Source of the DNA: Eledone cirrhosa
Taxonomy: Eukaryota
Length of the DNA: 64,000 bases
Direction of reading: 5' to 3'
Assembly: GCA_964016885.1 (NCBI GenBank)
Contig: OZ024743.1
Span: 175,212,001 to 175,276,000 of the forward strand
Both the position numbers and the translations under genes were made by a program. Below are positions 14,409 to 27,615 of the stretch, piece after piece. Each line of letters opens with the position of its first letter. Position 1 is the first letter of the stretch. The notes beneath the pieces are model-generated. The model ran no database searches and was not told the origin of the DNA. It was given only the letters and a program-made list of their open reading frames with translations.

Positions 14409-14462
14409 TAAACAAATAATGAATAAAACAATGAAACAGTTCCTTATATTAAACAAAAAAAG

Positions 14463-14616
14463 TTCATTATTTAACGATCGTTTCTAGGATATATATGTGT
14501 TAGAATTGGCATGCATATTCAACAGATCTATGTACAAAATTATACAAAATTATACAAACTATCAAGATTAAATATACATACCAACACATATATACGCCGT
14601 CTTCAGAAATAATGAA
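14463..14616 (-). ncRNA. Type I hammerhead in the 3' pLTR, long helix II
   Basis: UUCAUUAUUU-CUGAAGA-...UAUAUAUGUGUUGG..(large loop)..CUAACACAUAUAUA...-GAAA-C-GAUC-G-UU^AAAUAAUGAA; perfect 10-bp helix I. Confidence 0.75.
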
Positions 14617-15255
14617 ATATATTTATTGATAATAACAACAATTCAAAATTTCAGGTCCGTTTGGGAACAAAATTGACCAATGAAAATACAAAAGGTTTAA
14701 TGCAGTTCGGTGTGTGTATATACATGTAACTACCCTTACACATATTTTACAAAAATGTATGCTCAACTTGTATACGCATACCAAAAGGATGGATGCAAAT
14801 ACAAAATTTCAAGGTTAATGTCTCTGTAAGTTTATAATGCACAGATAAGATGCGTATAAACACATAAATATGAAATAAGTGTATACACATATTCTCATAC
14901 TCACACATATCCGTACAATCACACACACACGCGCGTATATGCATAAACATACACATAACTACGAACATACAAATACACACACACCCCCACTCACATATAT
15001 ATATGTGGATATAAAATCCTAAGCACATGGATATTAATTCACTCACATAAACACTGGCACACACATTTAGATCAAGATACAGAAATTAGGTGGGAGGGGG
15101 GGAGAGGTCAGTATTCAACTGTTTGGGCAGACTGCTTATTATAGATGTATCTATAAACTAAGAAAATTAAAAAAATTAAAAATAATAAATAATAAATAAA
15201 CATTAAAAAGGAAAGAAAAGAAAAAGAAAAAAGAAAAAAGAAATATATCAAGAAA

Positions 15256-15300
<45 letters not shown>

Positions 15301-15446
15301 CATACATATATATACATATATATATATATACATATACAAACACATACATACATATACACACATCAACACTTAGAACATACATACACACACATATATAAAC
15401 ATATACATATACACACATACATACATATACACACATACATATAAAT

Positions 15447-15491
<45 letters not shown>

Positions 15492-15769
15492 TATACACAT
15501 ATAATCACAATACTATATAGACACACATATATATACACACATACACGCACATATACATACACTTACATACTTATATACATACAGATATACACATACATAC
15601 CTATATATACACACAAATACATACAGACATACATACATACATACAGACAAATACTTACGCATCCATATATCGGTATATACATACAAACACCACTACACTC
15701 TCACACAACTCAGACATACAAAGAAAAAGGTATATACCTATACACATATACATATACAAATAGATAAAC

Positions 15770-15842
<73 letters not shown>

Positions 15843-16038
15843 CACATATACACACATATACATACATACACATACATACATGTACACACACATAGATATA
15901 TATACATACACACATACACACATACATATATAGTCATACACACACATACACCTACACGAACATACACATACACATATATAAAGATATATATACACACACA
16001 CACACACATACACACACACACATATATATAAAAAATAA

Positions 16039-16089
<51 letters not shown>

Positions 16090-16668
16090 CATATACATAC
16101 ACACATACATAGACATATATGTACATACATACACATACATACATACATACACACACATACATACATATATATATACACACATAGACATATACATACATAC
16201 ACAGACAACATACATACACACACATATATACTCATACATAGAATTAGATATATATTCATACATACATACGCACTTACATATACTCATATATACAAATACA
16301 TACGCATCCATATATGCGTATATACATAGAAACACCACTACACCCTCACACAACTCAGACATACAAAGAAAAAGGCATATACATATACATATACATATAT
16401 ACACGCATTAATAGAGATATATATACACATATATATATATATATATATATATAGACATACATTTATATATATAGACCCACACACACATACAACCATAAAC
16501 ACACATACAAACACCCACATATACATATATATACACATATATATATATACACACACATAAAAAACAGACATGCACATATATATTTTTTTACACATATATA
16601 TACACATATATATACATATACACACCCTCACATATACACACATACACATAAGTTATATTATAATAATA

Positions 16669-16709
<41 letters not shown>

Positions 16710-16958
16710 CGAATATAGACATATATACACACATAGATATATATATATATATACACATACATATACACACACACATACACACACTCACATATATATGTGT
16801 GTGCACACACACATATATACACATACACACATATACACGTAAACACATATATGTGTATACATGCACACACACACATATATCCACATAGATACGAAGATAG
16901 ACATATAAATAGAGAGACATACATATATATACACACACATATATACATACATACATAG

Positions 16959-17024
<66 letters not shown>

Positions 17025-17801
17025 ACATACACATATATATACACATGCATATATACACATATATATATACATACACACATATATATACACACACAATCTT
17101 ACATTCTTATTTGCATGCGCATATATGTATTTTTATATTCAGATATAAATACCCAAACATATATACACCTACCTACATATATATTCATACATACACGCTT
17201 ACAAACACAGATGATAATAGTATGGGGGAAAGGGGGGGGGGGGTTGGAGAAGGGGATTATAGTAAATATATGTTTCAAGAAACATAGAATATTATCCGTA
17301 TCTGGATCCAATGTATGTTTTTACATAGTCTCAGTGTTAGGAAATACAATAAATAAGAAATAAGGCAAAATTTATGCATTTCAAAATAAATAAGTATACC
17401 ATTAATTATATGTTAACTAAACTAAAGATAGTTAACATATTGATTTCTAAGGTGTAAATTAGTTAGGTTTATAATATTTGAAGCAGAATTTTGAAGTTAA
17501 ATAGTAGTAGAGTATTAATTATAGTATAACTAAATTAAAGTTAATAACGTTATGGTATCAATATTAGGAAATGAATTTAGTAATAGGGAAAAAACAAATA
17601 AAGTATTACATCGGTAGTAGAATATAAATTATAGGTTAACTAAATTAAAAATTATATATTTATTTCTATAGTATATGTTAATTAGGTATATAATAAATAA
17701 AACAGATATTGTATTTTATCAATAGCAGAATATAATTATATGCAAATAGAAATCAAAATTAATACGCATACATATACATATACATACACATATATATATA
17801 C

Positions 17802-17850
<49 letters not shown>

Positions 17851-18338
17851 TACACATACACATACATACATACATATACATATTTTTTCAAAAATTGCAA
17901 AGAATATATTAACTAGGTATATATCCAAAACACATCCCATTCTATGATTACATGACATTCTGCAATTCGTCTGTATAAGGATACTAATTTTAAGCCAATT
18001 AAATTAAATTTTTAGGTTGACTAAATTTAAAACTAAATTATAAATATATTTCTAAAATGTATATTAATTAGGTCTATAATACTAAAAATTATTTCTCTGT
18101 CATTGGATACACGATATTTTGTTATATTTTATCCGTAAAGGAATTATAATAAAAGGTTTAAATAAATTAAAATTAATCTATAAATTAAATTACTAAGTAT
18201 ATATTAGTAATATTTAAAGGTTTTTCACAATTTATGATTACATAATATTTTATATTCTCATCTGTAATAGAATTTTAATTAAATTAAATTTATAGGTTAA
18301 CTAACATTTAAATTAAATTAATTTCTAAAATAATGTTA

Positions 18339-20780
18339 TTAATTAGGTTTATAATATTTAAATGTTTTTTTTAGTTTATGATTACACGATATAATTAATT
18401 CCTGTCGTTTATTTAATAGGATATCCTTAGATTTCATTATTTCAAATAGTTCTTGGGAACATAATCTACATTCATTTCTATTATTTTGATAAGGGGTGGC
18501 TCTTTTGAGCACACTCCAGGTCAAATCATATTCTATATTCTTATTTTTATAACTATTGATTTTTTCTGCTAGAGATGTTGTATTAGCCAGTGCGGCATTT
18601 TTAAAACTATGCTTGTGGGTATTAAACCTTGTCTTAAAATTGTTAGAGGTAGCTCCTATATATGAGCAAATAGAATCTTTAGTTTTAACATTACATTTAT
18701 AGACTATGTTGTTAACAAGACAATTCCCTTTTAATGGGCAGTTTGCTTTGTTTCTACAGTTACAACCTTTCGTTAATTCTGTATTTGAGGAGATATTATG
18801 GTTAATTTGATGTACTGGTGGTATACTTATGGTTTTCTTACATTTATATGCATTATAGGCATTTATATTTTGTTTTATGTTATTTGTTGTAGAGTATGAG
18901 AATTTAACTGTAGACCTATTTAAGATTTGATGGTATTTGTGGTTTGGCGGGAAGTTTTTCTCTAGGATATAAAAAAATTTTTTAGCAATATTATCCTTAA
19001 TTTGTAAATTAAATGGAGCATTATACCAAGTAACCCGTCTATTACGGTTTCTATGTTGTTTATTATTTTTATTATTTTTATAGGTTGTATCGTGATTTTT
19101 ACTAGGAGGATTAATGTTAATGATCTCACCACAACCATTTTTAGTTATATTTGTAGATTTAGGTGTTTTATCCTTTTTATTAGGAGTTTTATTATTAATA
19201 TTTATTAGAGTTGTATGATGAGTAGTTTTTTGAGAGTTACTATACTTTATATTAGAAGATTTGGTATTTTGGGGTATAGTGTGGGTGGCATTTAGGTGTG
19301 TACTTTTCATTTGGTGTTTGTTGGTAATATTAGGTTGTATGCTTTCAGTATTTTTAGTAGAAGGTATATATTCTAATCTATTTTTGTGGCCACTTCTATC
19401 TAGAGCTTCGTTATAGAAGGTCGCATTTTTATCAAATACATCTTGGTTAGAAGAAAGGTTAGAAATTCTAAGTGATATATTATATGCAAGGTTTTTAAGG
19501 ATAGATTTAGGGTGATTAGATTGTGAGTGTATGTAATGTAAGTTTTGGTTTGGTTTATGGTAAGGTTGGTAGATACCCGTAGCTAAATCTAAAGTTATAT
19601 CTAGGAAATTTACTACTTTACTTGTTTTTTCAAAAGTAATATTAAGATTATAATAGTCTTTAAGGAAAGTTCTAATATGTTTTTTGTTTTTTTCAATTTC
19701 TGAAAGGCTAAGGTTGTTAGAAAGAAGAAGACAGTCATCACGATATAAACCACCTTTGAGGTGGGGAAAGGAGGCATTTATGTTGAAAAGGAGAAAGAGG
19801 CCCACAAGATCAGTAATTTGGGCGGAATCGCTTGAACCCATAGTAATATCAAATAGATTACTATATGTGTTTCTGGTCCAGTATTCATTCTGAAATTCAA
19901 TAAGTGTTAGTCTAGCATGTGTAATAATAATAATGTCATCCAAAGTTAAGTTAGATCTATTTTTAGCAAATATCAATGCTTTGTTCAGGAGTATAGGTGA
20001 TATAGAAGAATAGTAATTATCTATATCAAATTGTAGAAATGAAGCAGAAGATTTACATCTAATATTTTTAAACCAGTTAATTACCTGGGAGGTGTTTTCC
20101 CAGAGTGGTAAAATAACGTGTTTTCTTATTTGTGGGATGACTCTATCCAAAATTTTTTTGCTAATTATTCCAATATCTGATTTGGAGGGACATATAAGTC
20201 TAATAGAAGGATTTGAGTTAAAGTTTGATTTATGATCCTTCAGGTTGAAGTGTGGTCTTTTCAATGCCAAAGGTTCAGTTCTATCTTCAATGTTTAGTTT
20301 TTTTACTATGTTGTGTGTTTTGTTGTTGATGTTGGTGAGTGACGCATTATTAGATTTTTTATAATTTTTTCTGAGTTCTTTATATATGAACTCATTATAA
20401 TGTTCAATATCCATATGATACAAGTTACCAGTTTTGTCCGAGTGGACATGGATTTTTTTAGACTTTTTTAGGTCCAATAGGGTAGAATCAAGGTCCTTTT
20501 GAAAGACGGATTTATACTTTTTAAATTTGAGGTGTTTAATTAAATTAAAAAGGTCTTTCTCGAAGTCTTCAAGTAAAAAGTTGTGTGGTGGATTCTTGTA
20601 AGTATTGAAATCATACATATATTTCCGATCTGCTTGTTTAGATTTTCTATCGAAGTGGTAGGCTCTCCATCTAACCCTTCTGATAAAATTATTAGTTTTT
20701 TGAATCATAAGGAGTAAGAAGTCATCCTTAGAAGGTATTGGTATGTTTTTTAAAGAGGTTCCCAAATATTGTTTTTCCAT
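18339..20780 (-). CDS. PLE polyprotein: reverse transcriptase plus C-terminal GIY-YIG endonuclease (probably Hydra clade), ~813 aa from the first ATG
   Basis: Uninterrupted ORF. SLKNIPIPS...RWRA, QFDIDNYYSSI, MGSSDSA, GLYRDD, FLDITLDL, YIHSQSNHP, CNCRNKANC (CxCx5C), IVYK...YIGATS...RF..H, CRLC..E...LNKRQE...CNH. Confidence 0.93.
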   Translation of the reverse strand: MEKQYLGTSLKNIPIPSKDDFLLLMIQKTNNFIRRVRWRAYHFDRKSKQADRKYMYDFNTYKNPPHNFLLEDFEKDLFNLIKHLKFKKYKSVFQKDLDSTLLDLKKSKKIHVHSDKTGNLYHMDIEHYNEFIYKELRKNYKKSNNASLTNINNKTHNIVKKLNIEDRTEPLALKRPHFNLKDHKSNFNSNPSIRLICPSKSDIGIISKKILDRVIPQIRKHVILPLWENTSQVINWFKNIRCKSSASFLQFDIDNYYSSISPILLNKALIFAKNRSNLTLDDIIIITHARLTLIEFQNEYWTRNTYSNLFDITMGSSDSAQITDLVGLFLLFNINASFPHLKGGLYRDDCLLLSNNLSLSEIEKNKKHIRTFLKDYYNLNITFEKTSKVVNFLDITLDLATGIYQPYHKPNQNLHYIHSQSNHPKSILKNLAYNISLRISNLSSNQDVFDKNATFYNEALDRSGHKNRLEYIPSTKNTESIQPNITNKHQMKSTHLNATHTIPQNTKSSNIKYSNSQKTTHHTTLININNKTPNKKDKTPKSTNITKNGCGEIININPPSKNHDTTYKNNKNNKQHRNRNRRVTWYNAPFNLQIKDNIAKKFFYILEKNFPPNHKYHQILNRSTVKFSYSTTNNIKQNINAYNAYKCKKTISIPPVHQINHNISSNTELTKGCNCRNKANCPLKGNCLVNNIVYKCNVKTKDSICSYIGATSNNFKTRFNTHKHSFKNAALANTTSLAEKINSYKNKNIEYDLTWSVLKRATPYQNNRNECRLCSQELFEIMKSKDILLNKRQELIISCNHKLKKTFKYYKPN

Positions 20781-21291
20781 TGTGATATGGATGATGGACA
20801 ATTGAAAGAGCTCAACTAAATGTATATGGGTTTATAAAATCATACATATATATGTATATACATAAATATAAAATTAATACACACATACAGTACAAAAATA
20901 CGAATATTTCCGTGAAAATAGGAGCAAAATTATGTAGATAAATCTACCAAGAGTTTACGGTAGTGTCCAATCCGTATGAAGAACTCAATGTATTCCGGAT
21001 ATCATGGAAAGAAGAGATGTAATGAAAAATCACTTTCGGTGAAAGATAAACGGTATACAGAGTCAAGATAAAATATTAAACAAATAATGAATAAAACAAT
21101 GAAACAGTTCCTTATATTAAACAAAAAAAGTTCATTATTTAACGATCGTTTCTAGGATATATATGTGTTAGAATTGGCATGCATATTCAACAGATCTATG
21201 TACAAAATTATACAAAATTATACAAACTATCAAGATTAAATATACATACGGACCTGAAATTTTGAATTGTTGTTATTATCAATAAATATAT

Positions 21292-21445
21292 TTCATTATT
21301 TCTGAAGACGGCGTATATATGTGTTGGTATGTATATTTAATCTTGATAGTTTGTATAATTTTGTATAATTTTGTACATAGATCTGTTGAATATGCATGCC
21401 AATTCTAACACATATATATCCTAGAAACGATCGTTAAATAATGAA
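21292..21445 (+). ncRNA. Type I hammerhead in the inverted pLTR copy
   Basis: Reverse complement of 14463-14616. Confidence 0.75.
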
Positions 21446-21667
21446 CTTTTTTTGTTTAATATAAGGAACTGTTTCATTGTTTTATTCATTATTTGTTTAA
21501 TATTTTATCTTGACTCTGTATACCGTTTATCTTTCACCGAAAGTGATTTTTCATTACATCTCTTCTTTCCATGATATCCGGAATACATTGAGTTCTTCAT
21601 ACGGATTGGACACTACCGTAAACTCTTGGTAGATTTATCTACATATATATATATATATATATATATA

Positions 21668-21857
21668 TAACGAAGGAAATGTGGTAAGGAACCAGGTGGA
21701 CCATAACGCACCAAAGTACTCAATACTTAGGGTAGTAGAGTGGGTAATAGGAACCAGTAAGACCCCGACGGCTGAGCTCAAGCCGTTTCGACGGCTAACT
21801 CTAATGAGAATTAGCCGTCGAAACGGCTTGAGCTCAGCCGTCGGGGTCTTACTGGTT

Positions 21858-21861
<4 letters not shown>
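21668..21861. mobile_element. Asymmetric palindromic element, family F, copy 4
   Basis: Same architecture as 10027: perfect arms taggaaccagtaagaccccgacggctgagctcaagccgtttcgacggctaa and its reverse complement; (TA)n flanks. Confidence 0.85.
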
Positions 21862-21908
<47 letters not shown>

Positions 21909-21939
21909 ATATATATGTATATATATATGTATATACCTA

Positions 21940-21985
<46 letters not shown>

Positions 21986-22061
21986 TATGTATATACATAT
22001 ATATATTTATACATACAAACACACACACACACACACATATATACATTTGTGTATATAAATA

Positions 22062-22135
<74 letters not shown>

Positions 22136-22590
22136 TCTGTATATTTATATGTATACACACGCGCGCACACACACAAACACGCGCGCGTGCGCGCACACAC
22201 ACACATACACACACTCATATATATGGATAGATGTTTACTTGATTTCATTCCCATATTTTATTTTAGACCTCTTTCGAAAGGATAACTCAATCAAAATACT
22301 CTTCAAAAGTTAATTTTGCTGGTGACAGCTCGGAGATGTCTAAGAGATAAGGAGGAACACAGAATAGGTAAACAGATAGACACAGGATATATATACATTA
22401 AGTTGTATAGACATTTACAAATGTTCATAGGCATATATCTACATCTGAGTATATATAGGTATATAGTTTAATGTGCATACATACTATATGCAGGCATACA
22501 TACTTACATACATACAAACGCACATTCATTCATCATAAATATATATATACACAGACTAAGATATATATATATATATATATATAATTTATA

Positions 22591-22704
<114 letters not shown>

Positions 22705-22901
22705 CGAAATTAATTTAAGTGTATCATGTCTGAGGGACATTTAGTTAAACTTTAATTAGTTTCCTATCTAGCTGTGTGTCGTTACACACTTTACAAATTA
22801 TTCTCTGTGATTGTTTCATATCTTTATTTTATATATATATATATATATAATAAATCAGGAAAGAAGAGTGACACGGTTTGCTATACAAAAAAGGTTTTTA
22901 A

Positions 22902-22950
<49 letters not shown>

Positions 22951-23056
22951 AATATATATATAGTAATAATAATAAAATTGAAGACTAAAATCCAAAGAGG
23001 GCTCGATAAGGAAAATATATATCAAATATATAAGAACCGTAGAGCAAATATTTATT

Positions 23057-25087
23057 AAAATAACAGATTAATGTTTAAGCAAAGAATCGCTGCTTTCACC
23101 CTTAACGGGATCTTCTGAAACTAACAAAGTCAATCTGTAAACTCAGAACTGGATATTTCAAAAAACGTTACAACCGGAGGAAGACAGGAAGACGATACTT
23201 TGGTTCGTGGAAACGTTCGCTGGCAAAGAACGGGAAAAAACGAATAATACGTCATTAATAGGAGCGGTGAAAAACAATTACGCGCAAAGACAGAACCACG
23301 TTTATGGTATAAAAGAGGTCGTAGACTAATGTTCTCTTAGGTGGTGCATAGAGACGAAGATAATAAGTCATATGTGGAGCGTGGAGAACAATAGCACGCA
23401 AAGACAAAACCACGTAAATGGGATAGCAGAAGTTGTAGACTAAAATTCTAACTAGGAGACCAAATGAATCTCCGCTACAGAGTTAAGAACAAAGTAAATA
23501 AATACAATACAGAAGTAATAGAAACAAATAAATACATACACGCAAACAGATACGTACATACACAAGCATACGCAAAACCTTACCATAGGTATACAAAACC
23601 ACGCACATATAATATGTGTGTGTGTGTATGCTTGTGTACAAATAAATAAATAATTATATAAACGTATATAAGTAAATAAATACGTATATAACAAGCGCAC
23701 ACGCATACCTACATATAAATACACGAATGTTCGGAGACGTAAGTCAACTAAAACAAGAAGTACACATATACACACACCCACCATAATTCGAACCTGCATA
23801 CTCACGCAGACGCAAAACTCCCGTATACACATAGCCAAACCCTAAATACCAGAATATGTAAAGATTATACGCCATAACAGTCAAATATACGTACGAGAAG
23901 GTATACATACCTTCACAAAACATACGGGTAATATATACTTACCTATGCAAATAAGTAAAGGAATAAACAAAACATATACTTAGCTCCTACATCAAGACGC
24001 AAAATATCCACGTATAGATCGTGCTATCCGTTAGGGTATAACGTGGGGCTGTAATACAGGAAAGTGTTGTGCAATTTATGTTTACAAGCCGAAATTTTTG
24101 TTTAAGATGTGGTCTGTGGCGTAGAGTATTTCCAGGGCCTCAGCGGCGCAGAGGTCACATGGTCTTTTATTTCCGTTATACGATCTAGCCCTAGCTAGGA
24201 TCTCCCAGTGTAACTTATATTGGGTGTGGTTGTCTTTTAGACTCCAGATATAAGCTGAAAGTGACGTCATATGGTGGGTTAAACCAAGAAATGCGACGGG
24301 ATCTATTTCTTCTAGGTCTATTTTCGACCTCTGTATATGCTACCTTATCGACATATCCACTTCGAGCAAGAGCTTCATTGTAATAAGTTGAATGGTCGTT
24401 GAAAATGCGCTCGTTGGTGGAAAGACGGGAAAGCCTCAACGAAACGTTTTTTACCAGGTTCTTGGTTATGCTGGCAGGATGGTTGGAATGCTTACTTATG
24501 TAATTAAGCGTATCATTCGGCTTTCTATACGGGTAATACAACCCATTCAATAAATTGAGGGTAACGTCGAGGTAATTAACGACCGAGAGATTGGCCTCAA
24601 CCTGTATAGAGAGGTTGAAGCCTTTAAAGAAGGCTGTGAGTTCTTTTCTGAACCTGTCGCAAGCACGAGGTCCGCACTTAGTCAGGGTCAAAAGACCATC
24701 GTCACGGTACAAACCACCGCCCGCGTAGGGGAATTCGTCCTTGATAGAGAAAAGAAGGAAAAGGCCAATAAGATCAGTAACCTCCGCAGAGTCAATGGCG
24801 CCCATACTCACGTCGAATGGGTACTATTGGATTTTTTAATCCAAATAGAGTCGTCGAAATTAATCACCGACTTTCGGACATTAAGGATGGCATCAACTTC
24901 GAAATCCTTAACCACTGTGAGTGTTTTAGCGAAATTGATAGCTCTAAGGAGAAGTGGTAAAGTGATGGAGGAGTAGTAATTGTTGATGTCGAATTGGATA
25001 AAACGGCAATGTTCCTTGTTACATATGCCGTTGAACCAAGGGTGAAAGCAGCGATTCTTTTCTTAAACTTTAATCTGTTATTTTAAT
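23057..25087 (-). mobile_element. 5'-truncated, internally deleted PLE (second family) with a short inverted terminus
   Basis: QFDINNYYSSI, MGAIDSAE, GLYRDDGL, YLDVTLNL, YISKHSNHP, WFNPPY, then a direct jump to TSLSAYIW...CDLCAAE...LNK. 25037-25087 is inverted 23057-23105. Confidence 0.88.
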
Positions 25088-25713
25088 AAATATATATATA
25101 TATATATTAGAGGTGCAAATTGATTACGTTCGTAGGCGGTATGTGCAGATGAGCGCTCGATGCTCGAGGAGAGCAGAGTATCACTAACAATACGTAAGGG
25201 AACAAAGAATCTTAGGCGTGAGTCTACAAGTGAACACATATTTGATGAGCCTCCGATTCCAGTGTCAGGATCGATCATTAATCAATCGACCCTGGAGTTG
25301 ATCGATACTGAAACATATGTAATATATATTTAAATATATATATGATGCAATACTGATTCTTTTTTCTCTTATATATTATAACACACAAACACACACACAC
25401 ACACACACATAGTAAAATATATATAAATAAATATCCAAAACATAAACATACACATACTCAAACTCACGCATATACGTAATAGTACGTAAACGTATACATT
25501 CACACATAAGTATATATGCGTCTATATGGAAATACAAATACACACATATAAACGTGTGATCTTAAGCTCACATATGCGCACACACAGGCGCACATTCACA
25601 CAGGTACTCAGTAATAACGTATAAATATATATACACATGCACATCTCTCCATACATATATATATATATAAATATACATATATATATACACACATATACAT
25701 ATATAAATGTATG

Positions 25714-25805
<92 letters not shown>

Positions 25806-25846
25806 CATACACGCATACACAAATATCTCTATACATACCCGCACAC

Positions 25847-25909
<63 letters not shown>

Positions 25910-26136
25910 TGTGCATATACTTACATGCATACACACATACATATATCTACTCAAACACATACAAACATGTGTAAACATACATGCGCATATCTGCCTATGT
26001 ACGCACGTATACACAGACGTACAAAAGTTCAGACACACGCGCGCACACTTACGCTTAATCACACGTATAGGCATGATACTACAAGGTACATTGGGAGGTA
26101 GTTGGGGAACAGATATGAATAAATTAAATAAAAAAA

Positions 26137-26421
26137 GTGTGGGAGTTTAAAGACAGAAACATTCCACACTCTATTGATTGGTCAATAGACCACTCAAGAG
26201 AATACCTAAGGGGCACAAAGAAATGTTCTTTGTGTACAACGGAAAAATTTAGAATTCTTCAAAACCTGAAAACCCCTCCCACTTGCCTCAATTCTAAGAC
26301 CGAGATCTTCAGAAGTTGTCCGCACCTGAAATCGCACCTCCTATTTAGCTGGATTAATACACAAATGATCACTCAACCACCCCGAGCTTCCTCTTTACAT
26401 ACTAATATCATTACTTTATGA
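26137..26421 (+). pseudogene. C-terminal GIY-YIG fragment of a third PLE family
   Basis: [16 protein letters not shown]...KKCSLCTTEKFRIL...LNSKTEIFRSCPH aligns with the C-terminus of the 18339 ORF. Confidence 0.8.
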
Positions 26422-27106
26422 ACACTACATCTTACCCAGTTCATTATATAAACACATACTTTCTACCAATATATACATTTTCCCCCTCATGTTTATTTAT
26501 TTATTTCATTTGATTTTTACTTACCCCCCCTTTTTTTCTACCATACTTCTAACACATACACACCCACCACCTTCATTCTGTCCTCTACGTTTACTCAGAT
26601 CACTTTATAACCACATACCTTTATCCAGACCTATATACAAACATTTAATTTCCACCATAATTTATACACCACTTTTCTCCCTCACCCTATGTCCTTACAT
26701 ATCCACCATGTTTTAAGTGTACTCACATATGGTTGTGTGGGCGCATGTGTGTGCGGACATATGTGTACATACATATATATATGCATATATATATGTATAT
26801 ATATGTATATGTGTATATATGTGTATTGTGTGTGTGTTTTGTATGTATATCTATGCATAACTGTGTCTGTATGTATATATATTTATATATATTTGGGTGT
26901 GTAGATATATTTTCTGTGTGTGTTTGTGTGCGTCTGTGTGTATCTACGTGTGTTATGTCCCCACACTTATATCGTGTATTTGTATTTGCGTGTGAACGCA
27001 TATACATGTGTATATACGTATATACAAATAAAATACAGAGTTACTAAATCATATTGATACCCTGCAATTATCAAGCTCAAAGTATAAATACTGAGCATTA
27101 TATAAT

Positions 27107-27194
27107 AATTGTTTCTATTTTTAGGCACAACGCCAGAAAATTACCCAGTACATTACTGGTACTTTATTTTATCGACCCCGTAAGGATGAAAGGC
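27107..27194 (-). mobile_element. 5'-truncated SINE with target-site duplication
   Basis: Matches the 3' half of the SINE at 775; gcattatataat is duplicated at 27095 and 27193. Confidence 0.75.
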
Positions 27195-27316
27195 ATTATA
27201 TAATTATATAATATATATATAATTATATAATTATATATATATTATAATTATATAATATATATATATAATTATATAATTATATATGATTATAATTATATAA
27301 TATATATATATAATTA

Positions 27317-27350
<34 letters not shown>

Positions 27351-27524
27351 ATTATATAATAATATATGTAGAAATAAACACAGAGAATTCTGTGTCTAAA
27401 ATTACGAGGGTAGAAAATACCACAATTGTTTTATATATTTAATCTGAATCATTTCGTAAGATATAAACATTTTTTCATAAGATATAAACAATTTTTCATA
27501 TACAGACCGTATCAATAACTATTT

Positions 27525-27615
27525 CATCTCTCGGACAGATTAGAGATATAATCTGTTTCGCCCTGAAAATTGTGTTTGTAACAGATAATCCGTATGCTTT
27601 CGTCAGCGAGAGATG
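27525..27615 (-). ncRNA. Type I hammerhead motif (strong helices I and III, degenerate helix II)
   Basis: CAUCUCUCG-CUGACGA-...-GAAA-CAGAUUA-uaucuc-UAAUCUG-UC^CGAGAGAUG. Confidence 0.75.

Noticed and set aside
23080-23125. Hammerhead at the terminus of the second PLE family (CAGAAGA-uCCC.GGGu-GAAA)
   Set aside because: The core has A in place of the conserved U in both copies, and I could not draw convincing helices I and III.
25215-25325. Hammerhead-like ttgatga...gaaacatatgta
   Set aside because: The core C is replaced and the base of helix II does not pair; too degenerate to call.
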